From assembly GCA_951406725.2 (NCBI GenBank), contig OX597818.1, forward strand, positions 144,460,001 to 144,524,000: a stretch of 64,000 bases of DNA. The letters are read 5' to 3'. Position 1 is the stretch's first letter; the number at the start of each line of letters is the position of its first letter. The DNA comes from Octopus vulgaris (lineage: Eukaryota). Made by a program: the position numbers and the translations under genes. Of this stretch, positions 53,414 through 64,000 are shown in pieces. The notes under the pieces were generated by a model, which worked only from the letters and a program-made list of their open reading frames with translations, made no database searches and was not told where the DNA came from.

Positions 53414-53829
53414 ATAAAGTGATGATGGTTTGTTGCCAACTTAATGTGGCAGTCTTTGGAAAGAGAAGAATGCTATTGCTATTCAGCCCCAAGAGACACC
53501 GTTTCTAGTTGGCTACATGACACAAGCGTTCTGTGTCCTTAAGTTTTCAAACAGGAGAAATAAGCACCTCCCTCCCAACAAAGCCAGCAATCAGAGACTA
53601 GTTTCAGGGTAATTGCACTTCATCAGTCTGGAGTAGCTTGGCTTTGTTAGCTGTTGGTGCTAAATCACTGTTGAAAACTTATAGAATTTCAGGTGAAATA
53701 AATTCACTGATCTACAAAATTAGAAATATTGCATTTCTAACCAACTAGAAATGGTGTTTCTTGAGGCTAAATAGCAGTAGCATTCTTCCCTTTCTTGGGA
53801 CCGCCACATTAAGTTAGCTACAGACCATC

Positions 53830-53836
<7 letters not shown>
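53414..53836. repeat. Fold-back element with ~100-bp imperfect outer arms and a nested inner hairpin, next to (TA)n
   Basis: 53414-53515 mirrors 53738-53836. Inner pairs AGTTTTCAA/TTGAAAACT, AGCACC/GGTGCT and AACAAAGCCA/TGGCTTTGTT. Confidence 0.85.
53592..53630 (-). ncRNA. Minimal type I hammerhead ribozyme at the apex of the fold-back
   Basis: Minus strand CAGA-CTGATGA-AGTGCAATTACCCT-GAAAC-TA-GTC-TCTG. Intact core, stem I CAGA/TCTG, stem II with two mismatches, palindromic ACTAGT. Confidence 0.75.
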
Positions 53837-53874
<38 letters not shown>

Positions 53875-56800
53875 CTTGCCATGATTGACCGCTAACTCCA
53901 CAAGTTTTATTGTTCCTTTCTGTTGAAGAGCATAGGCTCGGAACATAAAAGACTTTCTCGCCTTCCTGAGCATAAGACTAATACACTTGCTTGTAGTTTA
54001 TACACCTGTCTTCGTTTTTTGTTTTTCTGTAAATTTCAACTATATATATATGTGTGTGTGTGTGTGTGAAACAGTTCATTTTTGATTTCAATTACCCCCT
54101 GAATTGCGGGTCATAGTCTTTGTTGATCGTTTGCACTTCATTTTAGGATAAAACCTTTTTCTTTTTGACTGGATGCAAAAGTTTCCAGTCCCCCCCTCTC
54201 TCATTTCTTTTGTGTTGTCCATTCAAATTATATTGTCCCAATATCACCCCCGTCACAAAGTTTGAAGATATAACAGAGTAGATATCTTGATGTGATGCAA
54301 AACAGTGTTGCCCTCTTTTGAAAATGTATTCATATATTTTCAACTCAGCGGAATTAGTTTTATGGCATTATGTTAGTTCAAATCTTTTGTTGTTCTCTCG
54401 CAGACTAAGATCCAAGGGCTCGCGGGGAGGGGGTCATTCTCATTTCTGTTTGGTACCTGATTGAGGCTATTGTTTAGTCTTGGGTCAGTCCAGATTGAAT
54501 AGACACATGATCAAAGACGCCCTAGCTATAACCAAATCGTCTGTTTTTTTTTTAAAGTCGAACATCAACAATCTAGGACAGTGATTAGATGGACGTTAAG
54601 TGAGCGGAGGAAGATTTGACTGCTATTTCTAGCATGTAGAGTGACCACCTAGAGGTTGCTTCGTTTCCTTGTGATTTCGAATTTTCGTCTCAAAAAGTGA
54701 AAATGTACAATTGCTTCGAATTTATGTTGTTCATGGAAACCTGTACCTATTTACTTTTTTAAGCTATTCTTACTGAATAAAGTAAAGCATAAAAAGAAAA
54801 TATTTATGAAATTATTTGAGTTTCGATAGTTTAAGAAAATAAAATGCTTAGCTTTATTCTACGTAGGTTGCGAAGTTTGTTCATCTGCTAAATATTCTCT
54901 CTATTTGTAATTTTTGTATTTTTAAATAAAATCAGCGATTGTCTAAATTAGTTGTGAATGTACTTAAAACAGCCGCATATAATTTATTTGCAGTTATTTT
55001 AATTCATTCTCTACAATCGCTTGCAATTGTTGTATGAATTTTTATTTCTATCTATCTGCAATCGCTTGCAATTGTTGCATTAATTTCTATTTCAATCTGT
55101 TTGTTTTCCAAGTTTCCAACATTTTATTGTAACATTATTTTTAACGCGCTTGAAAAAAAAAAAAAAAAACAAATATAAATTCGCGGTCGACTTTTCATTT
55201 TACACTCATTTTACACTCCGCTGACCGTTAAAATTTATTAGCACTTCCTTATCTATTTGTCATTTAAGCCTGGCGAGTCACCTTATACGGTTTAGCACTT
55301 TATAGGTGCGAAACCAATGGTCACTCTCTGACTGACCATGGCAATCAACTTCCTATTATACACACACTGTTGCTGACGCTCTATAGCAGGGGTGCTTTTC
55401 TGGCAACGACATGCGCTTTTAAAAAAGTATATACTGATTATTTAAAGCTTGGGAGTCAATATGTAGATAAAATTAAAAAAAAAAAAAAATTAATACCGCA
55501 TTTTAAATCATTAAAGCATTTATCTGAAAGAAAAAGAATGGTGCTAAGGAAGATGGGGATAGAAGAGGAACTCATCCATTGTGGGGCATCAGAAAAAAGA
55601 CAATAGAAAAACTTTTTGTGTCTGCCGATGCAATATTTTTGGATAAAATGAATTAGACAAGTATTTCAGTAAATATTAGGTGTGGTTGGGCTAGGTAGGT
55701 CCTGCTAGTGCCTACCCACACTGAGCAGTCATTCCAGTTAAAGGATGGACTGTGTATATACATAAGCACACGATCAGTTTGCATTATTCTTACTGTATTT
55801 GGATAACCATATCTATCAATGCCGATTTTTTTTTCTTTTACTAAAAATCATTGATCCCTATATAATGAAGTCTTCTTAAAAATGATTTTTATATTTTAAA
55901 ATATTTTCTGTCAGTTGTTTCATTATCACTTAACGCCTACTTTTCCATGCTTGCATGGGTTAGATGAAATTCTTTTGAGGCAGATTCTCTATGGCTGGAT
56001 GTGTTTTCAATTGTCAGTCTTTTCCCCTAGTCAGGACACTTTTTCACAGTTTGTATAATGGTGGTATTTGCTTACAATTAGCATGCAATGTCAAATCAAA
56101 GAAGCACACATATATATATATATGAATATATACACATATCATGGGCTTCTTTTCAGTTTATGTCTTTCAAATTTACTCACAATGCTTTGGTTGGCCTGGA
56201 GCTATAGTAGAAGACATCTACTTATGGTGCTATGCAGTGGGACTGAATCCAAAAACCACTGAGCTATATCTCTGCCATTATGCTTTTTAAGAAGTGAATT
56301 CTAGAAACTTGAAAGAACATTGTCCAAACTTTTTGCATTTTGGAATGTTTATTGAACCAAAAAAAGATATCAAAACCACCTAATTTAGATTCTGATGTTC
56401 TGTTAACATAAACAGAAACCTATGGGTTCTACCTCAGGAATCTTGGAGTTGGTACTTGATTACATCTGATACCTGTATCATTCCATGGGAAAAAGATACA
56501 ACCCCTTCCAACAGGTTGCTTGTCAATGGTAACTTTCCTGGAAGTTCTGTAACTTAGTCCTAATAACTTGTTAAGTTGAGATGTATAGAATAGTGTCCTG
56601 TTGAGAGACATCACTAAAAGGCTTACAGTAGATTTGAATTCCCCCAAAGTAGCAACTCGAAAACTTTGTTCACTTCACTATTATACCATTACAATTTAGA
56701 ATTATTATGGAATTTGTGAATTATTGCCTATTTTCTTGAATCCATTCTGTTTATAACATTGATTCACATATTTTGTAAGTTTTGTTCTCTAATATCTTTA

Positions 56801-56919
56801 TAAAATAACAAATTGTTTTGATGCTTTCAATCAATCTAAGCATGACAGATTTAGAGCATACATCATCGTCATTTAACGTCCACTTTCCATGCTTGCATTG
56901 ATTGGATGGTTTGATTGAG

Positions 56920-57340
56920 GACTGGCAATTCCTCTGTTATTGCCTGGAGGACGTTGATGAATAAGAGGGGGCTGAGGACTGATCTTTGATGAACCCCTAC
57001 TTCTACTCGGAATTCTTCACTGTACTCATTGCCAACCCTCACCTTACTGACAGGATCCCTGTACATGGCTTGTACAACTCTCACCAACCACTCATCTATC
57101 CCTAGTTTCCACATTGACCACCAGATAAGGGATTGGAGGACCCTGTCAGGGGCTTTCTCCATGTCAACAAAAGCCATGTACAGAGGTTTATCTTTCTAGG
57201 AATTTCTCCTGCTGCTGTCTTTCCACAAATTTAACATCAGTGGTGTTTCTCACTGACAAACCCAAACTGCATCTCATCTAAACTAACTCTCTCCCTAATT
57301 AGTTGGGTTATGACCCTCTCCATGACTTTCATCCAACAGC
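56920..57340 (-). mobile_element. RTE LINE RT fragment
   Basis: MAFVDMEKAPDRV...VGVHQRSVLSPLLF. Confidence 0.88.
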
Positions 57341-57532
57341 ATAATAAACCTATTTACATGTTCATTTTATTTCATTACATTCAATGCAATGTATATCTGT
57401 GACTTGCTTTTCTCTTGGACAATATTAATGGTGTGGAGAAGAGAGGTTATACATAGACAACTGCTATTCTTCTCCCAACACTTTGCCCAGGTCTGTATTT
57501 AGAGGTGTAGATGCACAGTCAGTTCAGACTGA

Positions 57533-57890
57533 TCATCATCATCATCGTTTAATGTCCGTTCTCCATGCTAGCATGGGTTGGACGGTTCGACCGGGGATCT
57601 GGAAAGCCAGAAGGCTGCACCAGGCTCCAGTCTAATCTGGCAGTGTTTCTACAGCTGGATGCCCTTCCTAATGCCAACCACTCCGTGAGTGTAGTGGGTG
57701 CTTTTTACGTGCCAGGCGAGGCTGGCAACGGCCACGGTCGGATTGGTGTATTTTATGTGCCACCGGCACGGAAGCCAGTGGAGGCAGAGCTGGCATCGGC
57801 CACGAGTCGGATAGTGCTTTTTACGTACCACCAGTCCAGGGATCCTGGCTGGTTCAATTCGATTTCGATTTCGCTTTCGCTTTCGCTGAT
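57533..57890 (-). mobile_element. RTE-tail repeat with subrepeats
   Basis: Same family as 7208-7700. Confidence 0.8.
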
Positions 57891-59120
57891 GATGATCATA
57901 AATAGGAAGATGATTTGCAGTTGCATATTTCTGATATTCAGTTGACACTAGTATTTTTAGTCATAATTGCCTGGTATTTGAGAAAGAAATGAATTGTTTT
58001 GTTGCTAATTGTAGTGCTAGAAGTATTCAGGCCTAATGTGATTGAGTTAATTATATTAAGGTATGTTTAATTGAGTTTATACCATAACATTTCAGCTAAT
58101 TGAATTTTACAATAATTAAAATATATATGTCAATGGAACTGTTCAATTTTAGTTCGTTCAAAATAACTGCTGCTTCTGCTTTGTGTTATGAAGAAAGACC
58201 ATCGAGATATTTAAGTTTTTACTTTGACATACAAATTACAAGGTCATGGGGTTAAGAAGTTTGCTTCACTTTGCAGTTATATGGTACTGTGTTTGATCTT
58301 ACTGTGTGGCAAGTTAGGCCTTGATATGACCAAAGATTTGTCTGTGAAAAAGGATAGACAGAAGCTCTGTGGAAGCCCATAGGATTGAGTGTCCTTGTCT
58401 TGGGTAAGACTTTAAACTGTATCATGGTGAGGCTCCTGCTGAAAGGTTTTGGGAAATATAGTGTTAACCCTTAGTCACTACCACCTTACCTAGCTCTGCT
58501 CTGGCCCAAGGTGGTTGTACTTGTCAAGGGCTCCAATTAGAGGCCAAATTGCAGATGGTCTTGTGAGTAAACGTATAGAGATTGGAGAATGGCTGGTCTC
58601 TAGATGTTGCACAAATCCACTGGTGTGTGGTCATGTGAACCTGTCATTCTGCTTAATGTTTAAATGGACCCTCTACCTCAAGAGTAAGCTTGAGAGTGCT
58701 GTAGATTAGCAGAATAATATATAAATAAGTTAACAGAAGGTAATGAGAAGCCACTGTTGTATCTTTCCCAAGAAGATTGTAAGTCTTCAGACTTTGGCAT
58801 GGAAGTCCATAATTGTCAACGTCTGTAGGCATGACACATGGAGAGAGAGAATTTTTTATTCTGTTAAAAACTACACCCTTACACTCAAGTGCATTTTAGT
58901 CATCCACTCTTGTAAGAATTTGGATAATAATTCTGTTCTGAGGATGACTCTTGAGTCATGGTTCCTTTTCTTTCTCTCAGTAACCTTGGAGCCATAGCAA
59001 AAGGTCATGGGTATTACCTTTTCTCCTGACTAAACCATGTATAATGGCAAAAATGGTTTAGAAAAGCTGTATCAGTGAAGAAATTTGTTGTTTGTGTGTG
59101 TGTGTGTGTGGAAGTTGTGT

Positions 59121-60075
59121 TTGGGTCATCCCATAAATAATGCAGTTTTTTCAATTGCATCAACTAAAAGTTGGAGGGTAATAAGATAAATGACCTGCAT
59201 CAACTTGCTATAAAAGCAGGTAGTAATTTTACCATGTGCTTATTCTTAGTAGAAGTTTTGAAGAGTGCAGTTCGATTTTAACAGTTATTTTTTCAAAGCT
59301 AAAATGGAAGTGACAAAGCATATTCAGCATATTTTGCTTTATGAGTTCAATAAAGGCAACAATGCAATGGAAAGTGCGAGGAATATTAATGCAGTATATG
59401 GGGATTGGACAATAAGCGTAAGCCAGAGTCAACAGTGGTTCTAGAAACTACAGCCTAGAAGATGAGCCTCGCCCTGGAAGATTTGTAGAACTCAACGAGG
59501 ATGTCCTGCAAAACCTCCCATTGTAATTGTTGAGGAACTAGCAGAGAAGGTTGGATTTTGTCATTCAACCATTCACTGACACCTGTGTGCCATCGGAAAA
59601 ATCAGCAAATTGGGTTAATGGGTTTCTCACAAACTTTCCGAGTCTAATTGCGTGCAGAGAGTGAATATGTGCTCTTCTTTACTGTCATGTCTCACAAATG
59701 AACCCGTTTTGGACCAAATAGTGACTGGTGACAAGAAATGGGTTCTCTATAAAAATGTTAAGCACTGAAGACGATGGGTAGGGAAAGGAGAAACACTGGC
59801 ACCCCAGGCTAAAGAAGGTCTTCACCCATGTAAGATGTTATCTGTTTGGTGGGATATGAAAGCTTTAGTCCTCTTTGAACTTTTAAACCCAAACCAAATG
59901 ATATTAAAGGAGATCTACTGCGAGCAGCTTAAGTCAGCACTTTGGTTTCAAGACGAAAGGTGTTCTTCCATCAGGATAATGCTCAGCCACATACAGCAAG
60001 GATGACATTCCAAAGGCTAGAGCAGTTTGAATGCGAAATGATGCCCACCCCACTATATTCGCTGGACATTGCCAT
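59121..60075 (+). mobile_element. Mariner, same family as 31340-32647, 3'-truncated
   Basis: TIR TTGGGTCATCCCATAAATAATGCAG, MEVTK start, IVTGDKKW, FHQDNAQPH, PLYSLDIA. Confidence 0.92.
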
Positions 60076-63000
60076 ATGTGGGAGTGTACATACCCAAAGG
60101 GATAAATTTTATTACTTGATTGCATATTGTAAAGTCAGAAGTGATGCCATTTTGACTGCCATGTATAGGAGATAATAATGCAGCGTGCACAGGATTCATA
60201 TCATGAACACACACACACACACACACACACACATTCTCACTCACTCACACATGTATCAATAAATATTAAACTGAATGAAAAAAAAAATCTACTTATTTGT
60301 ATTACATGAGCAAAAATGAGCTTGTTGCTATATTTTAACGATTTATTTAAATAGGATAAAGTTGAATAGACTTTAGATTTTTAAAAATATTTATGAATTG
60401 GATGTAAGTTTTCAGTAGTATTAATGAGTTTTCATCTCGTACATAATTCGTAAGTTTTGGTCTTTTTATTATATTTCCAAAATAATTGTTGAATAGCATA
60501 AGCCTTATAATGTGAAACACCATGACTAAAGTGTCCACCACTGCTTCCAAAAAATAGCAGTTGCTTAACATTTGAATATACAATATGTTACGGTAATGTA
60601 TTTTGTCTCCCTATTGATATGAGAACTAAGTCTTTGAAGAATTGATTTCTAAATGACTTAGTAGTAGCAGTTCTGATGTTAGCACATGTGAAAAAGGACA
60701 CATCTGTATAAAAAAAACAAATTAGCATTTGTGGAGGAAAAGAAACACATTTTCCACGATGAATGCAAACTGCATAGAACAGTGGTTCTTGACTTCTGTA
60801 GCTCAGTGCTCCCTTTCACTAAATGGCATTTTACATACCTCCCTTTGACATGTTTTGTAAAAAAGAAAAAAACAACCACCAGAATACAGGTTATTTTGAT
60901 ACAAAAAGATTATACACAGTGGTTTATTATCATGTTCTCATACTATTTCATCTCTCGTGTGTCTTTATATATCTGTTTAAACTAGTGCTCCCTTTGTTGA
61001 GTCTTTTATGGAAATTACTGATGAAGGCAAAGACTCTCATAAAATTATATTAAACCTTGGCACTCACTGATAGTACCATGATTTATATTCTAGGTGTTTA
61101 TTTATTTATTTTTTTAATGTTTCAAATATTAGTATTGTATCTGATTTAAATATTTTATTTCGAAGGAAAATTACTAAGCAACCAATGTTCCCATGTGAAC
61201 TTAAAACTTCCTGATGGGATATTACTCGCTGAGTTTAGAACCATTGGCTTAGAAGAATAGCTACTCCAAAAGCAGACCATTTCACTATGCTATGGTAAAG
61301 TTCTCAAAGTAAGGTTGTATTTGAAACTCTGCTTAATGTTAAAACTGGTGACAGTAGAAATTACATTGACAAAGAAACTCATTGCCACTCAATATATCAT
61401 GATAGATTGCCATCATCAGTTGCATATGTCTGTTTTGTATGGAGTGATGGGTTTGCTATACTTCAGTTTTTTTTGTTTTTTTTACATATCTTGATTCCTA
61501 GAGGTACTCATCACTTACGGGCTCTAATATGCAGTGATGACTCAGTGAAGTGTGTTCAATGTAATTGTCTGAACTTCTCCACTGTCCAATCTATTTCTGT
61601 TTACCCCTAGATTGTTGGCTTATCAGTCACAATTAACCACATTTTTGTTGCATCCTTAATGCAGTATTTGTTGTTAATGCTGTTGCAACTATTTTGCAGC
61701 AGCAAAATGTTTATTTTTATGTTTGATTGAGTTGAGTAAGAGATGGTGTTTTTAGGGTGCTGTTCACTGAGTGTTTGGATGTGAATTTTCATTTTGTGGG
61801 TTGAAATTTGTTGCAGTAACAGCTGCTTTCTTCGTGTGTCCAGGTGGTCTTTCAATTTTGGTATTATTGTGATATTGTGTAGTTGGTCTGTGGGTGTTGT
61901 CTGTGTGTAACTTGCGGTGATGCATGTGTTTTGTAGATTTTGTAGTTTATTTGGTTTGTTGAGGAGAGATTGAGGCAGGGCTTGATATCATCTACAATGG
62001 ATTTAATGTATTCTTTATACCTTGTTTATTCCTATGAAGTAAATGTGATATCAGTGTGTTCTCCTAATATGTGTTATTTTTGCTTTATTTACTCTGTCCT
62101 CTTGTCTTCTTTGGATGTTGTAGAGATGTCGTAAATAAATTCTTTGATGTATCTTTGTGCATAAGCTTCGGTTGGGATTTTTACAACCGGATGGCCTTCC
62201 AAGCTCTTAGATCTTTCTAAATAGTAGTAGTCACTGGACATTGTTCTAGCATCATAGGGTTTCTGTTGTGCTGTTTGTGAGGCAGTTCTACAAACTGCAT
62301 GTAAACACGTGGTTTTGAAATATATACAATATTTGTTGTAGCTATTGCCGTATGTTAATTACTGCAATGTGCTGTAGCAATAAATGTTACATAAAGTGGA
62401 TTTCTGATAAATTATAGTTCAAATATATTGAAGGCAATGCTGCTATATGATGAAACGAGTCTTTTAAATTATGCCTGCAATACTCAAAGAAATTAGGCTA
62501 AGTATAACAGATTACATGCATATGTTTGAAACAGATGCATCTTTTTGTAGGTTAATTAAAGGTCTAATTCAGTGCTATGTTAACTATTAATATTAAAATA
62601 TTTAAGATGTCTAAATTTACGAGCACAAGTAATATATAAATATTGGTGTGTAGTTGCTTTGTGACCAAATGGTTATGAGTTCATTCTAACTTCACTGCAT
62701 TCTGGCCAAGTATCTTTTGGTGTAGTCATGAGTTAGCCGAAATCTTGTGAGTGGAATCTGATAGACACAAACTGTGTAAAGGCTTCTTTGTGTGTATATG
62801 TGTTTGTCTTTCATTACTGGTGTGTTCAGTTTCATGTCTTCATGTAAAAAAAACAAAAAGAAAAAAACAAAGTAACTTAGCTATTTGATAAACAAATATT
62901 GATAAAATAAATACCAAACTGAAATATATTCTGGTGTCAAATTGTCCAACTTTTAAAGGGGATACCCCAACATGGATTCAGTCCCATGACTGAAGCAAGT

Positions 63001-63159
63001 TAAAGCATATACAAAGATTATTTTAAAATGTTCAGGTTTATATATATTCAAGTATACAGTAAGCATATAGTAATTTTTTGTCAGAAAACAATTTGCATGA
63101 TTGACCATTAAATATTAAATTGGAATAATTGGTAAGGTGGTTGATTGGTTAATGCGTAA

Positions 63160-63650
63160 ACATTTTAATATAGAGATTGGGAGAGCTGTCTTTGGAGAAA
63201 GTAGTGTTTCTCTGTGTTGCCAACTGAAGGTCTCTTTCTCTGAGTAAAAGGAAGATTGTATGATGCATGCATATGTATGAACAGCAGTACTACATGGTAG
63301 TGAAATGTGGGTCCTCAACGTAGAAGACATGTGAAGGCTAGAGAGGAATGGAACTAGTATGTTCTGCTGGATGTGCAATGTCAGTGTAGATGTGTGACAG
63401 AGTGTGTATTGAGAGAAAAGTTAGGCATAAGAGGAATTAAATATATGCACGTAGACAATTGTATAAAGAAGTGCTGATCACTTATAGAGGATGGACATTG
63501 TGGAAGTAGGAGAGCCAGGAAGATATAGGACAAAGTACTGTAGGCTGATTTCAAACACAGCCTTAGGAAGATGACAGAAGACCAATATATCTGGTGCCTT
63601 GATGTACTCAAGAAGGCCTGACCACCATAGCAGGACAGGTTTAGCATATC
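63160..63650 (+). mobile_element. RTE LINE C-terminal fragment
   Basis: Collinear with 23.35-23.58 kb (AAAGGAAGATTGTATGATG...CTACATGGTAGTGA...GAGAGAAAAGTTAGGC). Confidence 0.8.
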
Positions 63651-64000
63651 CTAAACCACTTTGGTTAATGCTTGTCTGTTAGGAAATTTCTCCCACACCC
63701 ATTTGCATCCTTTCTGCCAGTCAACCATCTCTACCTCCATCTTTCATCCCTTAACACCAATCACCTCTCTATCAACTGAGAGCAGAATAGGCCCACACCA
63801 CTTCCACCTTACTGTCTCCTCCAACCACTTCTTTTATCTGCCTTCTCTATCCATATTGTTCTCCATCATTAACATCACACCTGTCCACTGTCACCTTCAG
63901 TGCCACCACATACCTCCTACTGCAACCCACCCCCCTCTGAGCTTCTCCTATATCTCTCTTCATTTGTCACAATCACCTTTACCCTTCCTGCCCACCCTCT

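Noticed and set aside
55013-55095. ~45-bp tandem duplication (CAATCGCTTGCAATTGTTG)
   Set aside because: Simple two-copy local duplication with no further structure
61600-62260. GT-rich stretch compositionally like the Penelope 5' region
   Set aside because: No diagnostic protein motif recognised; left unclassified

Overview
AT-rich, microsatellite-laden eukaryotic DNA made almost entirely of transposable-element debris. The SINE and RTE-tail families look like those of Octopus (my recognition, not a database match). No intact host protein-coding gene can be supported. Recognisable content: a decayed Penelope-like retroelement, several RTE LINE fragments (two with a PHD finger inside the RT), CR1-like 3' ends, an R4/Dong-like element in (TAA)n, three clear mariners plus relics, a DD37D Tc1/mariner relic, hAT MITEs, Helitron-like elements and many tRNA/CORE-SINEs. 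The most interesting signal is a set of mutually unrelated minimal type I hammerhead ribozyme motifs with palindromic stem III: ACATATGT at 4.2 kb, ACAATTGT at 44.7 kb, ACTAGT at 53.6 kb, and relics at 26.3, 28.6, 30.1 and 53.9 kb. Several sit in (TA)n-flanked fold-back elements. The clearest is a ~520-bp spacerless palindrome (44.4-44.9 kb) with one outward-facing hammerhead per strand. An older element with the same architecture (27.0-28.8 kb) was later interrupted by a mariner. By eye, a CpG-retaining domain (~37.5-55.4 kb) lies between CpG-depleted flanks and may hold divergent promoters. Coordinates were counted by hand, and boundaries of decayed repeats are approximate.
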